Below, piece by piece: positions 1-12,141 of a DNA stretch of 64,000 nucleotides. Source of the stretch: Lama glama (Eukaryota); NCBI GenBank assembly GCA_028534125.1, contig CM052828.1, positions 60,822,001 to 60,886,000 on the forward strand, given 5' to 3'. How positions within the stretch are numbered: the first letter of the stretch is position 1; every line of letters begins with the position of its first letter. The translations under genes were made by a program, and so were the position numbers. Under the pieces are notes generated by a model. The model made no database searches, was not told the origin of the DNA, and saw only the letters and a list, made by a program, of their open reading frames with translations.

Positions 1-214
1 GGAGCCGCCACTCCGCCAGGGGTCAGGGCGTCTGGATGTGGAGAACCCTTCGTTTGTTCTTACAGCCTCTGATTTTTTTTTTTGAAATCTAGCAAAGTGC
101 CATCTTTTTTAAATAGAAGCAAAAATGATAGAAAGTTATTTTATTTTTTAAATATTTATTCTCAGCCCGTTTTTTAAATGAAGAGGTTTTCTTTAAACTT
201 TTTTTTAGTACTAA

Positions 215-356
215 TTTTTTTGTTTGTTGCTGGGTATTTTTTGATAGCAGGAGGGCATTAGGTTTATTTATTAAGTTTTTTAATGGAGGTGCTGGTCCAG
301 GACCTCACACGTGCTAAAGAAGCGTGCTGTGTACCATTGAGCTCTACCCTCCCCCT
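215..356 (-). mobile_element. tRNA-derived SINE (camelid-type), degenerate
   Basis: Reverse strand reads GGGGGAGGGTAGAGCTCAATGGTAC...GAGGTCCTGG...ACCTCCATTAAAAA...AAATAAACCTAAT; same family as copies at 40838, 42598, 46962 and 58662. Confidence 0.7.
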
Positions 357-475
357 CCAAGAAATTTACACCCGCGACTTACTCAGCCTGTTGTGGTTAG
401 TAAGTGTTGACTGAATCAAATTTGTTGCAAGAAATAAAACCGAGAAGATCATTTCTGCATTTACTTCTTTTCCAG

Positions 476-578
476 ATCGTTAAGTTGATCAAATTTTCAA
501 AAGAGCATCCTATCACTCTGGCCATCGGTGACGGAGCCAACGATGTCAGCATGATCCTGGAGGCCCACGTGGGCATCG
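476..578 (+). CDS. ATP11A: ATP11A coding exon (approx. human exon 21), P-domain GDGAND hinge
   Basis: ttccag|ATC...ATCG|gtgagc; 103 nt, phase 0 to 1; [34 protein letters not shown] contains the P-type ATPase GDGAND motif. Confidence 0.97.
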
Positions 579-1109
579 GTGAGCCCCCCAGTTCTGCTTC
601 TCGGCAAAAGAAGCAAAACTGGTGACCTGGTGACTCAGCTGGACGAGAAGGGACACAGCCCAGGCTCAGCCGTAGAGTTCAGTTCCTTCCCTGGTTTTTA
701 AACTGAAGCGCAGTCAGTCTGTGGCATGCTGCTGTCTGGTGGACGGCGTGGTGATTCGGCCACGCGCACGTGTTCCTTCCACAGTCTCCTGCATTGTAGG
801 CAGTTCAGGACACTGAGCGTAGTTCCCTGTGCTGCCCAGTGGGACACTGTTGTTTATCTAGTTGATGTACAGTCGTGTGTGTCTGCAAATCCCAAACTCC
901 CAGTCTATCTGTCCACCCCCGCCGTCCCCCCCCAGTAACCGTGCTTGTTTTCTGTTCGACCGCAGAACTCAGACGGCAAACTTGGGAGCCCTGTCTGTGG
1001 GGTGTCGTGGCTGGAAATGCCACGGTGGCGGTCCAGTGTCGCCTGGTCGTGCCTGCTCCCCGCGGGGTGTTGACAGGGGTTGGCTCAGCGTTGCCCTCCC
1101 TTATTGTAG

Positions 1110-1255
1110 GTGTCATCGGGAAGGAGGGTCGCCAGGCCGCCAGGAACAGTGACTACGCGATACCGAGGTTTAAGCATTTGAAGAAGATGCTGCTCGTTCA
1201 CGGGCACTTTTATTACATTAGAATATCTGAGCTCGTGCAGTACTTCTTTTATAAG
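1110..1255 (+). CDS. ATP11A: ATP11A coding exon (approx. exon 22)
   Basis: ttgtag|GT...AAG|gtagga; 146 nt, phase 1 to 0; [49 protein letters not shown], with the P4-ATPase GxEGxQA..SDY and YFFYKN motifs. Confidence 0.97.
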
Positions 1256-1814
1256 GTAGGAGGCACTTCCTCCTGTCACTGTGTCAGTGCACGTGACGTG
1301 CAGGTTGAGGTGACCCGCCTGTCAGAACGCCTCGCGGCTGCAGGGGAGCTCTATCTGCAAACAGAGGCATCTGTCGGAGAGGAAGGGGTTACCCCTGCGG
1401 CATCGGGGGGAGACCCCTGAGCCTGCTCGCACATTCCCGAAACGCACCGTGGGGGCGGGGGTCTGCGGTGGTTGAGGAAGGCCCACCTGCTGTAATTCCT
1501 TGAAGGAGTTCCTTCCACACCGTGCACATTGATTCTCCGCATTTATGCTGGCCCGACGCTCCCTCCTCCCTTGTCTTTCACGAATTTCCCCTCACGCGGT
1601 CTGTCCGCAGAGGGACCAGGCGCGACCAGCACACAGCGCGCGAGCCGTCGGAGTGAGGCAGGTTTAAGGCCGTTGCCCGACTTCCTGTAGACCGCGGGGC
1701 GCTCGGGGCCCTTTGCGCAGATAGCCAGCCTCTCAGAGCCCATGGCACGAGACAGGGCAGAGCTGCCTCTGGCCGTGTGTCCTTGAACTCACAGGCATGC
1801 GCCTTGTCTTTCAG

Positions 1815-1874
1815 AACGTCTGCTTCATTTTCCCTCAGTTTTTATACCAGTTCTTCTGCGGGTTTTCTCAACAG
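1815..1874 (+). CDS. ATP11A: ATP11A coding exon (approx. exon 23), not in the ORF track
   Basis: tttcag|AAC...CAG|gtgagt; 60 nt, phase 0 to 0; [20 protein letters not shown] (TM5 region). Confidence 0.96.
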
Positions 1875-2275
1875 GTGAGTCCTGATGTCTGAAATCAGAG
1901 CTCGCCTGGGTCTGGGTGGACGTCGGGGCGTGCAGGCTGGGTCATTAGAGCAACCGGGATCGGGGGAAACTGAGGCTTGAAGGTGGACATCAGATTTGCA
2001 AAATTTTATGCAGCGTTTTGTTGCCACACGTTTGCGACAACAGGATGGGGCAGGTTGGCCGTGATTCCAGTCCTGACCAGCCGACCTTGTGACGCTTTGG
2101 AGAGCGTCCTGGTCCTTCTGTATCTGTGGAAAAGGGGCCCTGTATCCGTTTCAGGATGCGCGTGTGTGTGAGGCTTAGCAGATTACAAACACACGCGTGT
2201 GTGTTCAAACAAACGGCCCAAACAGCCGGTCCAGCCACGCAGCGCCATCCTCACGCGCGCCCCCCCCCCCCGCAG

Positions 2276-2403
2276 ACGCTGTACGACACTGCCTACCTGA
2301 CGCTGTACAACATCAGCTTCACGTCCCTGCCCATCCTGCTCTACAGCCTCATGGAGCAACACGTCGGCGTGGACACGCTCAGGAGGGACCCTTCGCTCTA
2401 CAG
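2276..2403 (+). CDS. ATP11A: ATP11A coding exon (approx. exon 24)
   Basis: ccgcag|ACG...TACAG|gtgcgt; 128 nt, phase 0 to 2; [42 protein letters not shown](R), with the TM6 YNxxFTSLP motif. Confidence 0.96.
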
Positions 2404-2829
2404 GTGCGTGGGCAGCCCTGCCGCAGCCCCTTGCACTCAAGATGTCCGGTGTCCGCTGGTCCACTTGCTTCCACAGGAAGTTCTGCAGGCAGGAAGCAAC
2501 GTGGTCTAAGTGGATGTCCTTCAAATGTAGACAGGATTCACGTTGAAACGGACATATTAGACCAGTTCACATTTTGCCTTGCTTGGGGGCAGTTACGAAA
2601 GAGCGGGGTCGGGTCCTGGCCCCTGTGACCCTGGGGCTCTGGGGCCTGAAGCGCCCTCGGGGAGCCCAACGTCTTCTACTCAGTGAGAAAAGAGAGGCGT
2701 TAACATGTGACCACGGGGTGTGCCCTTTTCTGCCAAAGAGGAGTTTTAGGAAGGAGGAAAAGACTTTGCTGCCATTTCAGATGCTCCCCAGCATCTGTGG
2801 CTGATTCAGCACATTACTGTTCGGGGTGG

Positions 2830-3110
2830 CTTTTTAAATTAAACGCAGTATTTTGAGAAAATTTTAGATGCACATGTAGTCGTGAGACGTAGTAGAGAGA
2901 TTCTGTGACCCTTTATCCAGGGCCCTGGTGGTGACGTCTGTGAGCCGCGGGGCGGTGTCACAGCCAGGGCACCGACACCCCACCCATCGGACCCGAGTTT
3001 CCCCAGGTTTACGGCCCTTGCCCGTGTGTGCACGCGTGTCTGTGCGTTTGATCCTGTGCAGGCTTCTCACCTGTGTGGATCCTGTGCCCACGCAGTCAAG
3101 GCTGCCCACC
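2830..3110 (-). mobile_element. Old L1 (L1MC/MD-like) 3' end fragment
   Basis: T-rich start and 'ttttagatgcacatgtagtcgtgag..agagagattctgtgaccctttatccag' resemble an antisense L1MD/MC 3' UTR. Confidence 0.55.
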
Positions 3111-4117
3111 AGCCTCGTGGCCTCACTAGAAGAATCAGCCATTAGCTGGGATCTTGAAGTGATGCCCAAGATAAGCACTGCAGGCGAGAAAAAGGCAAAC
3201 TGCCCAGGAACCTAGAGGACGACACGCTGCGTTAGACACACACCCAGCAGGAGTCCCATGGGTTCTCTTACTGAGTGGCAGGTGTACGACGTCCCTGCGC
3301 AAACGTGCGGCCTCACGCGGGAGGCCTGCGGTCCTGGCCTCAGTGAACACCAGCCCGGGCCTTGTGGCCCATGTCCTTACTTTCAGAAGCACAAGTGTGA
3401 GCTCTGGCACTTTCTGTTTGTGTAGTGAGATCACCGTCCAGTTTGAGGGAGAAAATGTTCTAACAGAAATCCTCAGGAGCACCCATTGTGGTGAAGTGCT
3501 CGGTCTGGAACACGTTTTGCACTTGCTGCCAGGGAGCTCAACCCAAAGTGTGGTCCTTCCCCGTCTGTCACATGGGGACGTGGTCCTCTCACCATCGTGC
3601 CATGTCTGCCCACTTCCCATCATGCTTGAGTCTCCTTCCGGGTTGTACTGGAAGCTGTTCCGAAGCCTTTTGGGGACCAGATGTGGCACTGAGTGAAGCG
3701 CACAGAGCAGAAAGTGTGATGTGGGGAATGTGCGGTGGTGTGAGCCCTGAGGAGACTCCCCTTGGGATCCTGCAGGCTCAGTGGGGCCAGAGGGCATGCC
3801 TGGCCCCGAGGATGGGTGGAGATGGGGATCAGGCCGAGATGTGGACAGACAGGGCGTGGGGCGAGCCGCGTGGGAGATCAGGAGCTGAGATGCTTGGCCA
3901 GCTCCTCCAGGACTGAGCCCATGTCAGTCGGCGCCCCCGATGGCCCCAGCAGAGCCTCCTCCAGGGGTCCTGGCCCCCCCATCCCCGCCCCCCCATGGCT
4001 CTGCCCCTTGGGGTCTCAGGGAGTCGGGCTGCCTGGAGGCGGGCAGTCACTGCAGGGCTGCTGTGTAGGGCGCGTCTGTGTGGACGTGACCACGGGTCCC
4101 ACCTTCTCCTCTTGCAG

Positions 4118-4253
4118 AGACATCGCCAAGAACGCTCTCCTCCGCTGGCGGGTGTTCGTTTACTGGACGTTCCTGGGCGTGTTCGATGCTCTGGTGTTTT
4201 TCTTCGGTGCTTACTTCATGTTTGAAAACACAACAGTGACCAGCAACGGACAG
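4118..4253 (+). CDS. ATP11A: ATP11A coding exon (approx. exon 25)
   Basis: ttgcag|A GAC...CAG|gtcagt; 136 nt, phase 2 to 0; DIAKNALLRWRVFVYWTFLGVFDALVFFFGAYFMFENTTVTSNGQ (TM7). Confidence 0.96.
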
Positions 4254-4682
4254 GTCAGTACAGAACTGGGTCTCGCTGGCGTGGGGGATGAAGCTTGAGT
4301 CCAGTGTGGTCGCTGGTCTGTGAGGTCTCGCAGAGCCGCCCACGGGCCTGGAGTCGGGGTGCCACCCCCAGGTCGCAGTCAGGGACGAGGTGACACTGCA
4401 GCCCACACCCTCCCCGAGGGCCCCGGACTCCTTTCTGGTAGCCTGCTTCGCCCTGGGCTGTTAGCGCAGAGGCGCAGTTCGGTCACCCAGGCACAGCGTG
4501 TGTCGCGTGGGGGTTAACTCCGTGCTCAGCGCACTTCGGTGCTCCCCACGCCCGTGAGCGCGTGTGCCCTCTGCAGCGGGTGACTGGCTCTGGGCCTTCG
4601 GCTCCGGTGGGCCGCACGGGCCTGGGAGCTGCTTTATCTGTATCTTGCTTTCTCTCCTCTTGCCATCGCCTCCCTCCCTCAG

Positions 4683-4706
4683 ATAACGGCCGCCAGCACA
4701 CACGTG
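4683..4706 (+). CDS. ATP11A: Candidate 24-nt alternative microexon of ATP11A (ITAASTHV)
   Basis: ~50-nt AG-free pyrimidine tract, ccctcag|ATA ACG GCC GCC AGC ACA CAC GTG|gtaaga; symmetric phase 0 matching the flanking exons; no stop. Confidence 0.7.
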
Positions 4707-7254
4707 GTAAGAACTGTGGGCGTGTCCTGTGTTTTCGGAGTGCGTTGTGAATAAAATATTTCTCGAAAATATTTTCCCCCGTGACTCCCCCGTGTGCTTT
4801 GTCGGTAGAGGCCCTGTCCAGCCGCCCCCGGCGCGTGCCTGGCTCACCGTGCGGGGGCCTCTCTCCGGGTGTGTGTCGGGGTCGTCAGCTGAGTCGGTGC
4901 TACTCCTACATGGACTTGGTGTGTCTGGACTCCCCTTGAGCGCAGGGGGCAGACAGGCACAGGCGCTCGGGGCCCGCGGGGCACGCCGCCGTGACCCGTG
5001 ACCCGTGCTGCGTGGAGGGTGCTGAGCCCACGGGTGTGTCTGTCCTCCTCACGGCTGCAAGGGGCTGCTGTCTCTTTTGTAACTTTTAACAGTTTCTACT
5101 AAGTTGATCTTGGTTTTTCAAAATCTTCTTTCCTGCTTCGAAAGCCCTTACCTTTTCTAGGATTTGCTCTTTGTCGCAGTTTCGGTTGGTGGCTCCCCGC
5201 GGCCGCCAGGCCGCAGTGCAGTTGAACAGCGCTCGCTCGTTGTTCCTCTGCGTCTGTCATACAGTTTCCCCACAGCCCGGCTCTAAGTGGGCATCTCGCG
5301 TGCCGTCAAGAGCTGAGAGTCCGCCCGAGAACCGCGGCGCCGGCGCCCAGGGGGCGCGTCGGCACCGTCATCCGCGCCGCTCAGCCCACACTGTGTCCGC
5401 GGCTCAGCTCCGCAAGCTTCACCCCGGCTCACGACAGCCACCCCTTCAGCCGGACGTTTTCATGGTGTTAAAGCCGAGGAAACCGATGCTCCAGCAGAGG
5501 AAGCACTGTCCAGGGCCAGGTGGTTAGAACCCGGGCCCAGGGCGCTCGTTCTGCTCCGGGCGGCTGTGATACGCTGTGACTGCGGCGTCACCCGATCGGC
5601 AGCCCCTTAGCGGACACGTCTGCGAGGGGAAGGGACACAAGCGCGGAGGCCAGCCTGGTCACCCTGGAAGCGGATGCAGGTGCTGTGCGGCCCCGGCAGC
5701 AGCCCGCTTCCTCAGCCGCTCCGCGTGCTGCTCTGGGTGTTTGGGGCCCTTCAGGGGTCGGCAGGTCCTTGTTCCTGAGGGTCCCCTGAGCCACCACAGA
5801 ACCGGGTCCAACGTCTCGCAGGATCTTGTCCGTGAGACGCTTACCTGCCACCACTGCCCGACTCGTGCGCCTGTGCTCAGCCAGCGCCCGACAGCGTGCT
5901 CGGTTAGAATGTGAAACGGTGACAGAGCTGGAGCAGAGGTAGAGAGGAGGCCCGGCCGACCCGCGGCTCACTGGCCGCGAGCTCTGTGAGCCCCGTGGGG
6001 ACAGCGCCAAGCCCAGCATGCACATCGTCACGGGGAAAGCCCCTGAATCGCAGGCGATGCTACGGCGCACAGAGCAGCGGGACCACGGGAGGTGCCCGCT
6101 GTGAGGCGCCGGCCCGCGGGCGCACGCTGAGGGGCAGGCTTGCTCCGTTCACTGCTGCCCCGTGGACGTTAAGCAAGCTCGGGACTCGAAGTGCGAGGGC
6201 GATCCCGGTCCTGACGGCAGTGTCCTGGGCACGGGCGACCCCTGCGGGCCCCAGGCGCACCTTCATCACCAGGAGGATGGGAGCCCCCGGAGGTCAGGAG
6301 CCTGGGCCCTCGAGGCGGGTGCACCGCGCCAGTGGTCCCAGCTGGGCCCCGTGTTGCCTCGGGGGCCGCACTCTTGGCCTTTCTCGCCCTGGATTGTTGA
6401 TTCTTGAATTCCCGTTTGTTTTGGCTTTAAGAGGGTTAGATCACTCACAAAACTAAAAATGATACTGGATGCTGGTTCTGTAGTAATTCAAGTAAACCTG
6501 CAAACTCAAGTAAGTCCGGGGCGTCTCTGGGGACGGCAGACGCTCCTGGTCTGGGCAGCAGGGCGGTTGGTGACGGTGACGCTCACCACTCGCCCTCGGT
6601 ACCCCTTCCAGGGGAGGACGCCCCTTCTCGGTGGGACGGCTTAGGTGCCCTGTTCTGCGGACTGCCAGCAGGTGGCCAGTTTTTAAAGACCTCGGTCCTT
6701 CTGTGGGGTGTGCGGACCACGGGGAGCGCTGAGGGAAGGAGCACTGATAACTTCTGAGAAAGAGAAAGTCGCTTCTAGGGCACCTTTCGCACGGGCTCGA
6801 GAGCCGTGTCACTTCTCAGACGAGAATGTGAGGCGGCAGCTCCGTTACTACTGTTGAACAGCAGGGTGTTCCTGGGGGACCACGCGAGGGTTTGGGGCGT
6901 GTTGTCACAGAGGTCAGTGACTGTCCGGAGGGTGGGGGTGTGAGTGTCCCCAGCGTGAGGACCAGCTGTGCCCGGGGCTCAGCAGAAGTTGCGAATCAGC
7001 ACCGAGAGCAAGTGTAGGCAGCGTTCCCTCTGACCGTGATTGGAGAACACAAGGCATGTTTGTCCGGGGACATTTTCACACATAAAAATTAAATTGGTCT
7101 GGGTGTTAGAGCGTGTATGAGCAGGGAAGTTTCTTACAAAACACCCGTCCTCAGAGGCAAGGGGGAGGGCGTGAGGAGAAGGAATTAACCTGGGACCTGG
7201 CGGGGGGGCCTGGGGGCTTCCGCTGGCTTCAGCTCTCCCGAGCGAGGCACACTG

Positions 7255-7390
7255 TCTGCAGAGGCACAGCGTCACCCTATGTGACAGTCTCCTCGGTGAC
7301 ACAGTGTCACCTCATGTGACGTCTCCACGGGGATGCAGAGTTACCTTAAGAGACAGTCTCTTCAGAGACAGTGTGTGTCACCTTAGGAGA
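7255..7390. repeat. Degenerate ~33-35-bp tandem repeat with internal palindrome
   Basis: Recurring 'gtcacc..tgtgac(a)gtctc'; GGTGACAC-a-GTGTCACC at 7295-7311. Confidence 0.55.
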
Positions 7391-9409
7391 TCCCACCCCG
7401 GCCTTCACTGGGGGGGCGGGGAACTGACGTCACTTGGAAAAAGGGTCGTCCCTCTGGGCAGCCCTTTGAGAAAGGGAGTTTGCACCCCAGTGAACCCCCA
7501 AACAGTCCATAGAAGTAACTGCAAACAATTTCAGTAATAAATTGACTCTCAGCAGTTGGAGCGAGGGCTCCCTTAAAGCAAGCAGGGGAGCTGGGAGGAG
7601 CACCCCGAGCCGTCACCGCGCGTCCCAGCGAGCCGGGACGGCGCACGGGGGGCCCAGCTGACGGGGGCAGGGGTGTCAGCCTTGCCCAGGTTCCACCCCG
7701 AATTCTGAAATCTGATTCAGGACGGTTGCCTTTGCTGCTTGTCGCCCGTAAAAGTCACAGCTGAGGCCCCTGTGTTTCACTGGGCTGGACGTGGCCCCAG
7801 ACCCACCCACGTCTGCCGAGCCCCCAGGGATCCCGGCGGTGGGTCGGGAAGCCCCCCTCAGGGAGAGACGGGAAACTTCCTCCCTGACTGTGGTGCAGCT
7901 GGACATGCGCTCCCACCACAGTCCCTCCCCATGGTTTCTATTGTCTAAGAAGGGGTTCTGAGGCTCCTGCCCAGCAGAGAGGCAGACACAGGGGCCTGGG
8001 ATGGGGAGCTGGGGGCGGTGCAGCCTTCCCTCCCATCCAGTGCCGATTCAGAGCTGCCACCTTCCTGCAGGCAAACCTTTCACTTCTGGCTAAAAGCAGT
8101 AACTGCCGATGGAAGTGAAACAGGTGTTGAGTCTTCCACCTGCGGGCCAAGCCTTCTCACAGGCCACTGCCAGCTGCTCCCACCTCGCAGGGCAAGTGTT
8201 CCCACCCTGACGGCCAGCGTGGAAGGGGGAGCCCTGTCCTGAAGGGTTTCCCGGCCGGGGCACCGGGGCTGGTGGGGTCAGAGCTGTCGTGGCTGTGGGC
8301 TGCCCCGTGCGATTAGCTGGCCTTCGGCTTCTCCCTGCAGGATGCCAAGAGCTCCCTCCCCCGACAGTGTCCCCAGATGTTGCAGGTGGCCCCCCGCCCC
8401 CACCTGGGGGACAGAATCGCCCCTGGCGAGAGCCTCCGTGGCTGTGATCCAGTTTTAATGACGGTGGTGAAGTGAAGAATAAAGTGAGAAAAGAGTCCAC
8501 GGGGTCCTGATCCTTAAGCCTGTTTCCTACAAAAGTCTTAACGCTTCGACTTTTCTCCTAGAATTCTGCACGTAGGTTATAACCTCACTAAATGTCGCCA
8601 GCCCTGCAGCCCGCGCTCCCCGCAAGTGAGTTGCATGTGGTTGTGCTGCTTTGGTTGAAACCAGTGTTACAGGAAAGCGACTTTCCTTGTAGCTTTTAAA
8701 GCTTTGTCTTCTCCTAAAGGAGACCTAGAACGTTCTCTGAGAGGCACAGCTCCCAGAATTCGACAGGCCAGAAATAGGTCCGCTCCCGGGCGGCGCAGAA
8801 ACCTCAGGGGAAACAAGTCTCACCTCCCGCAGGCTGGTTAGTGCCCCAGAGAAAGGCTCTGAAGCCGCCGGTGCTTCCTTCTGCCTGTGTCTCTGTCTGT
8901 CGCGCTCCCTGCTGGCCGGCCCCGCCCCGGGACCCCCCTCCGCCTGCCGTCACCCCGTGGGACGTGGGACGGGGTTCTTGGCTCTCACCGCCCCCAGGAA
9001 GACGTGCCGGCAGGGCCGCCAACAGGCGTTTGGGTTGAGTTCAGAAGAGAATAGACGCAAACTCTGCTGAGTTTGTTCTTGACCGTGACGGCACGGAAGG
9101 CGCCAGGCTCGGCACTGGGAGCGGGCGGACCAGGGCACAGGCTGTGACTCCAGCCCTCTGTCTGTGAGCAGGACGTTTGTCGAGGGGGCGACATCGGGCC
9201 GACGGGCAGCCAGGCAGGAAGGTCCCCAGGGGGTGGTGCGGGAGCCCGGGCGTCTGCCTGTCCCTTCCCTCGCAGTAGCACCCCGCCGTCCCTGTGTCTC
9301 GGGGGTTGGGGTGCCGTCAGGCAGGAGCCGTGGGAGGTGTCCTGTGGCCGTGTGTGTGAGTGTGAAGGGCAGCCGGATTGACAGAGACTCTGGGCTCTTC
9401 TGTCCGCAG

Positions 9410-9475
9410 ATATTTGGGAACTGGACCTTCGGGACGCTGGTGTTCACGGTGATGGTGTTTACGGTTACCCTGAAG
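9410..9475 (+). CDS. ATP11A: ATP11A coding exon (approx. exon 26)
   Basis: ccgcag|ATA...AAG|gtaaat; 66 nt, phase 0 to 0; IFGNWTFGTLVFTVMVFTVTLK (TM8). Confidence 0.96.
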
Positions 9476-10101
9476 GTAAATCCTCTGACCTCGGGGTCCT
9501 CCTCTAGCCCAAGCTGCCCCACAAGTGAGTTGGGACCCCCAACCCAGGCCCTGGCCCCTAAGGTGCGAAGGTCAGAATTACACAGAAGGCCAAGGAAGGA
9601 AGGATCCTTTTCTGTACGAAAGGACTCGGACTAGAGTTCCTTTTAGTGGCAGGCGGTCCCACCCCCAGTGTCATCACAATGCACTTCAACTGAAACAGAT
9701 TAGTGTGTTGTGGGAAAGTCAGTCAGTGTCTTCCTGGAATGTTAGGAAGGCCCCAAACCCGGTCACGGGGGCCCCATCCTTAACCAGGGAAACGGAAAAG
9801 CCCAGAGCAGAGTGCCCAGTGGTAGTGGGACCAGCGCCTGGAGTCGCCAGCCCTGCGCCTGCCCCGTGGGAGCGGGTCCCCCCGGCCCGGTGAGAATGCC
9901 CAGGGCTGTTGAAACCCGAGTCCTCCTCCCCACTGGAATCTAAGGTTTGTCTTTTCCTGAGCAGGTTCATGTTGGCATCTTGACTAAAATGAAGGCGTTG
10001 TTTGGTTTTTTTCCATTGTTTTCTGGCTTACTTCCCTAGTTTCACGGTTCACGGTGACGTGCCAGGGGAACACCGCTGTGAATGCCTTTGCTTTTTTTCA
10101 G

Positions 10102-10205
10102 CTGGCGCTGGACACACACTACTGGACGTGGATAAACCACCTTGTGATCTGGGGGTCCCTGCTCTTCTACGTCGTGTTTTCCCTCCTCTGGGGAGGAATT
10201 ATCTG
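10102..10205 (+). CDS. ATP11A: ATP11A coding exon (approx. exon 27)
   Basis: ttttcag|CTG...ATCTG|gtacgg; 104 nt, phase 0 to 2; LALDTHYWTWINHLVIWGSLLFYVVFSLLWGGII(W) (TM9). Confidence 0.96.
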
Positions 10206-12141
10206 GTACGGATTTGGCTGTCAGACCGTCATTATTACGTTGGTCGTCCTGCGGTATCGCTCATCAAGGGCGCAACCTCCGTGTGCGAGTGTTTGCTGCG
10301 GGCTGCTGTGTGCGAGGCCTGGTGCTGGGCCCGGGGCCGCGGGGGTCGAGGGGATGTGGTCCCTGCTCCTTCCTCCCGGGTGCTCAGTCAGGAGACGCGC
10401 TGCTCGTAAGTGAGGAGGCCTGTGTCGAGAGGAACAGACCAGATGCCACAGCAAGGCGTCTGTCTCAGATGGAAGTTTGGGGAAGGCTTCTCAAAAAAAG
10501 ACGTTATTGAACTGAAACTGGGAGAAGAGTGCCACCACCACAGTGGGTGCACAGGGGAGCTGGCCTCGGGGGCCGTGGTGGGCGCACAGGGGAGCCGGCC
10601 TCGGGCCTCGGGGTCTGACTCCAGGCGCAGCCCTTCCCCAGGAAGGGAGCCGCGCCAGCAGAAGTGAGTCAGGGCCCAGCGGTGGAAGGCAGTCCACCGA
10701 GGACAGAGTGACCCAGGTCCAGCGTAGGCCACCCCAGACCCCGACCCCAGCCTCACGGCATGGAGGACTTTAGTCAGAGGAGCTCCGAGTCTGGTGATGC
10801 CGTCAGGAGGGGCACTGGCTGCGTGTGGAAAGTGAACTGTGAGTGGGTACGAGCAGGACGCCCGCTGAGAGGCCACTGCAGTGAACGGGTCCAGAAGTGG
10901 TGCTGGTGTGCCCATCCTGACGGCGGCACAGAGGCTGCGTCAGTGCTGCTCCTTCTACCCAGAACGTGCTTCCCAGCTAGCCGGCCTCTGAGCTCCTCCT
11001 CGTCCTTTGAAACCTAGCGGCCCACTGTCCTCTTCAGTCACCTGACCGGTGCTTCCACCGCGTCCCCCAAGCACTTGTTCCTGCCCCTGTCACAACACGT
11101 GCTGTATTTTCCTCTAATCTTCCCGTTTACATTTCTGCCTCCTCTGCAAGAGCGTTTCCTGAGCGGAGCTGGGACTAGGGGCCACAGCCTGGGAGGGAAG
11201 GCCTCCTTCCACTGGGCCTGCTGGCCTCAGCCCAGGCCTGGCCGGACCCGAGACCAGAGGCAGTGTCCCCTCCACTTGCATCTCTGGTACTGCGCACAAG
11301 CTCCCGGGACACGCAAGCGGCCCCTGAGATGGGAGGAGGGGCTCCCTGGTTCTTCAGAGGCCGGTGTCCACCCCACAGCCTGCTCCATTGCTGACCCCCA
11401 GTGGCCACGTCCACGCATTGCACGTTCCCTGAACCGGGGAAACGCAGGAAAACTGGACCAGCTTTGGGTGGGTTTCCAGCAGCCCCGCCCCAGGCTAGGG
11501 GTCGCTGTGGTTCCAGAGGGAGGGTGCCCTGAGACTCCCCCTGCCGGCTCCTGGGCCCTGGGGCTCAGGGGCCACGAAGCTGTGTGGCTCAAGTTCACAC
11601 CGAGGCATGAACCACCGCCCCTTTCCAGCCTCCTCCGAGGAACTCAGTGTAGACGCTTCCTTGAATCACAGCTTCCCCTGGCAGGGAAGGCATTTCATTC
11701 TCTGTATTCTTATAGAAATTTTAAAAAAGTTTATGGTACAAGTTAAGTGGCCACCCGCTCTGCTGATCAGGACCCGTGCTGTCTTCTCCACGTTATTAGC
11801 TGTTGATCAGCTGCAATTCCGAGATACAAAAAAAAATCTCCTATTTCATCGTGTAAAATCTTTTCCACTGTTGTGAAATGGGACTTCTCCCTTTGGGATG
11901 ACATCAGACTCCCTCCTCCTCTTCCCACTCTCAACACCCAGCGCCACAGGGAGAGGTGACATCCCACTGTTAGTGTGGCTGAGTCCTCGGCCTGCCCAGT
12001 GGCCGGCGGTGGCAGCAGTGAGTGCTGCGGGAGCACGCGGGCTCCTCAGGCAGGTGGAGGGAACAGACTGGCATTTCCACGTCTCTCCCGCTGGTTTCTG
12101 ACCTGTCCCGTGTTGTTCTCTCCTCACGCTCGACGCTGCAG

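Noticed and set aside
10543-10605. 28-bp direct duplication with 35-bp period
   Set aside because: Ordinary local intronic duplication with no associated signal.
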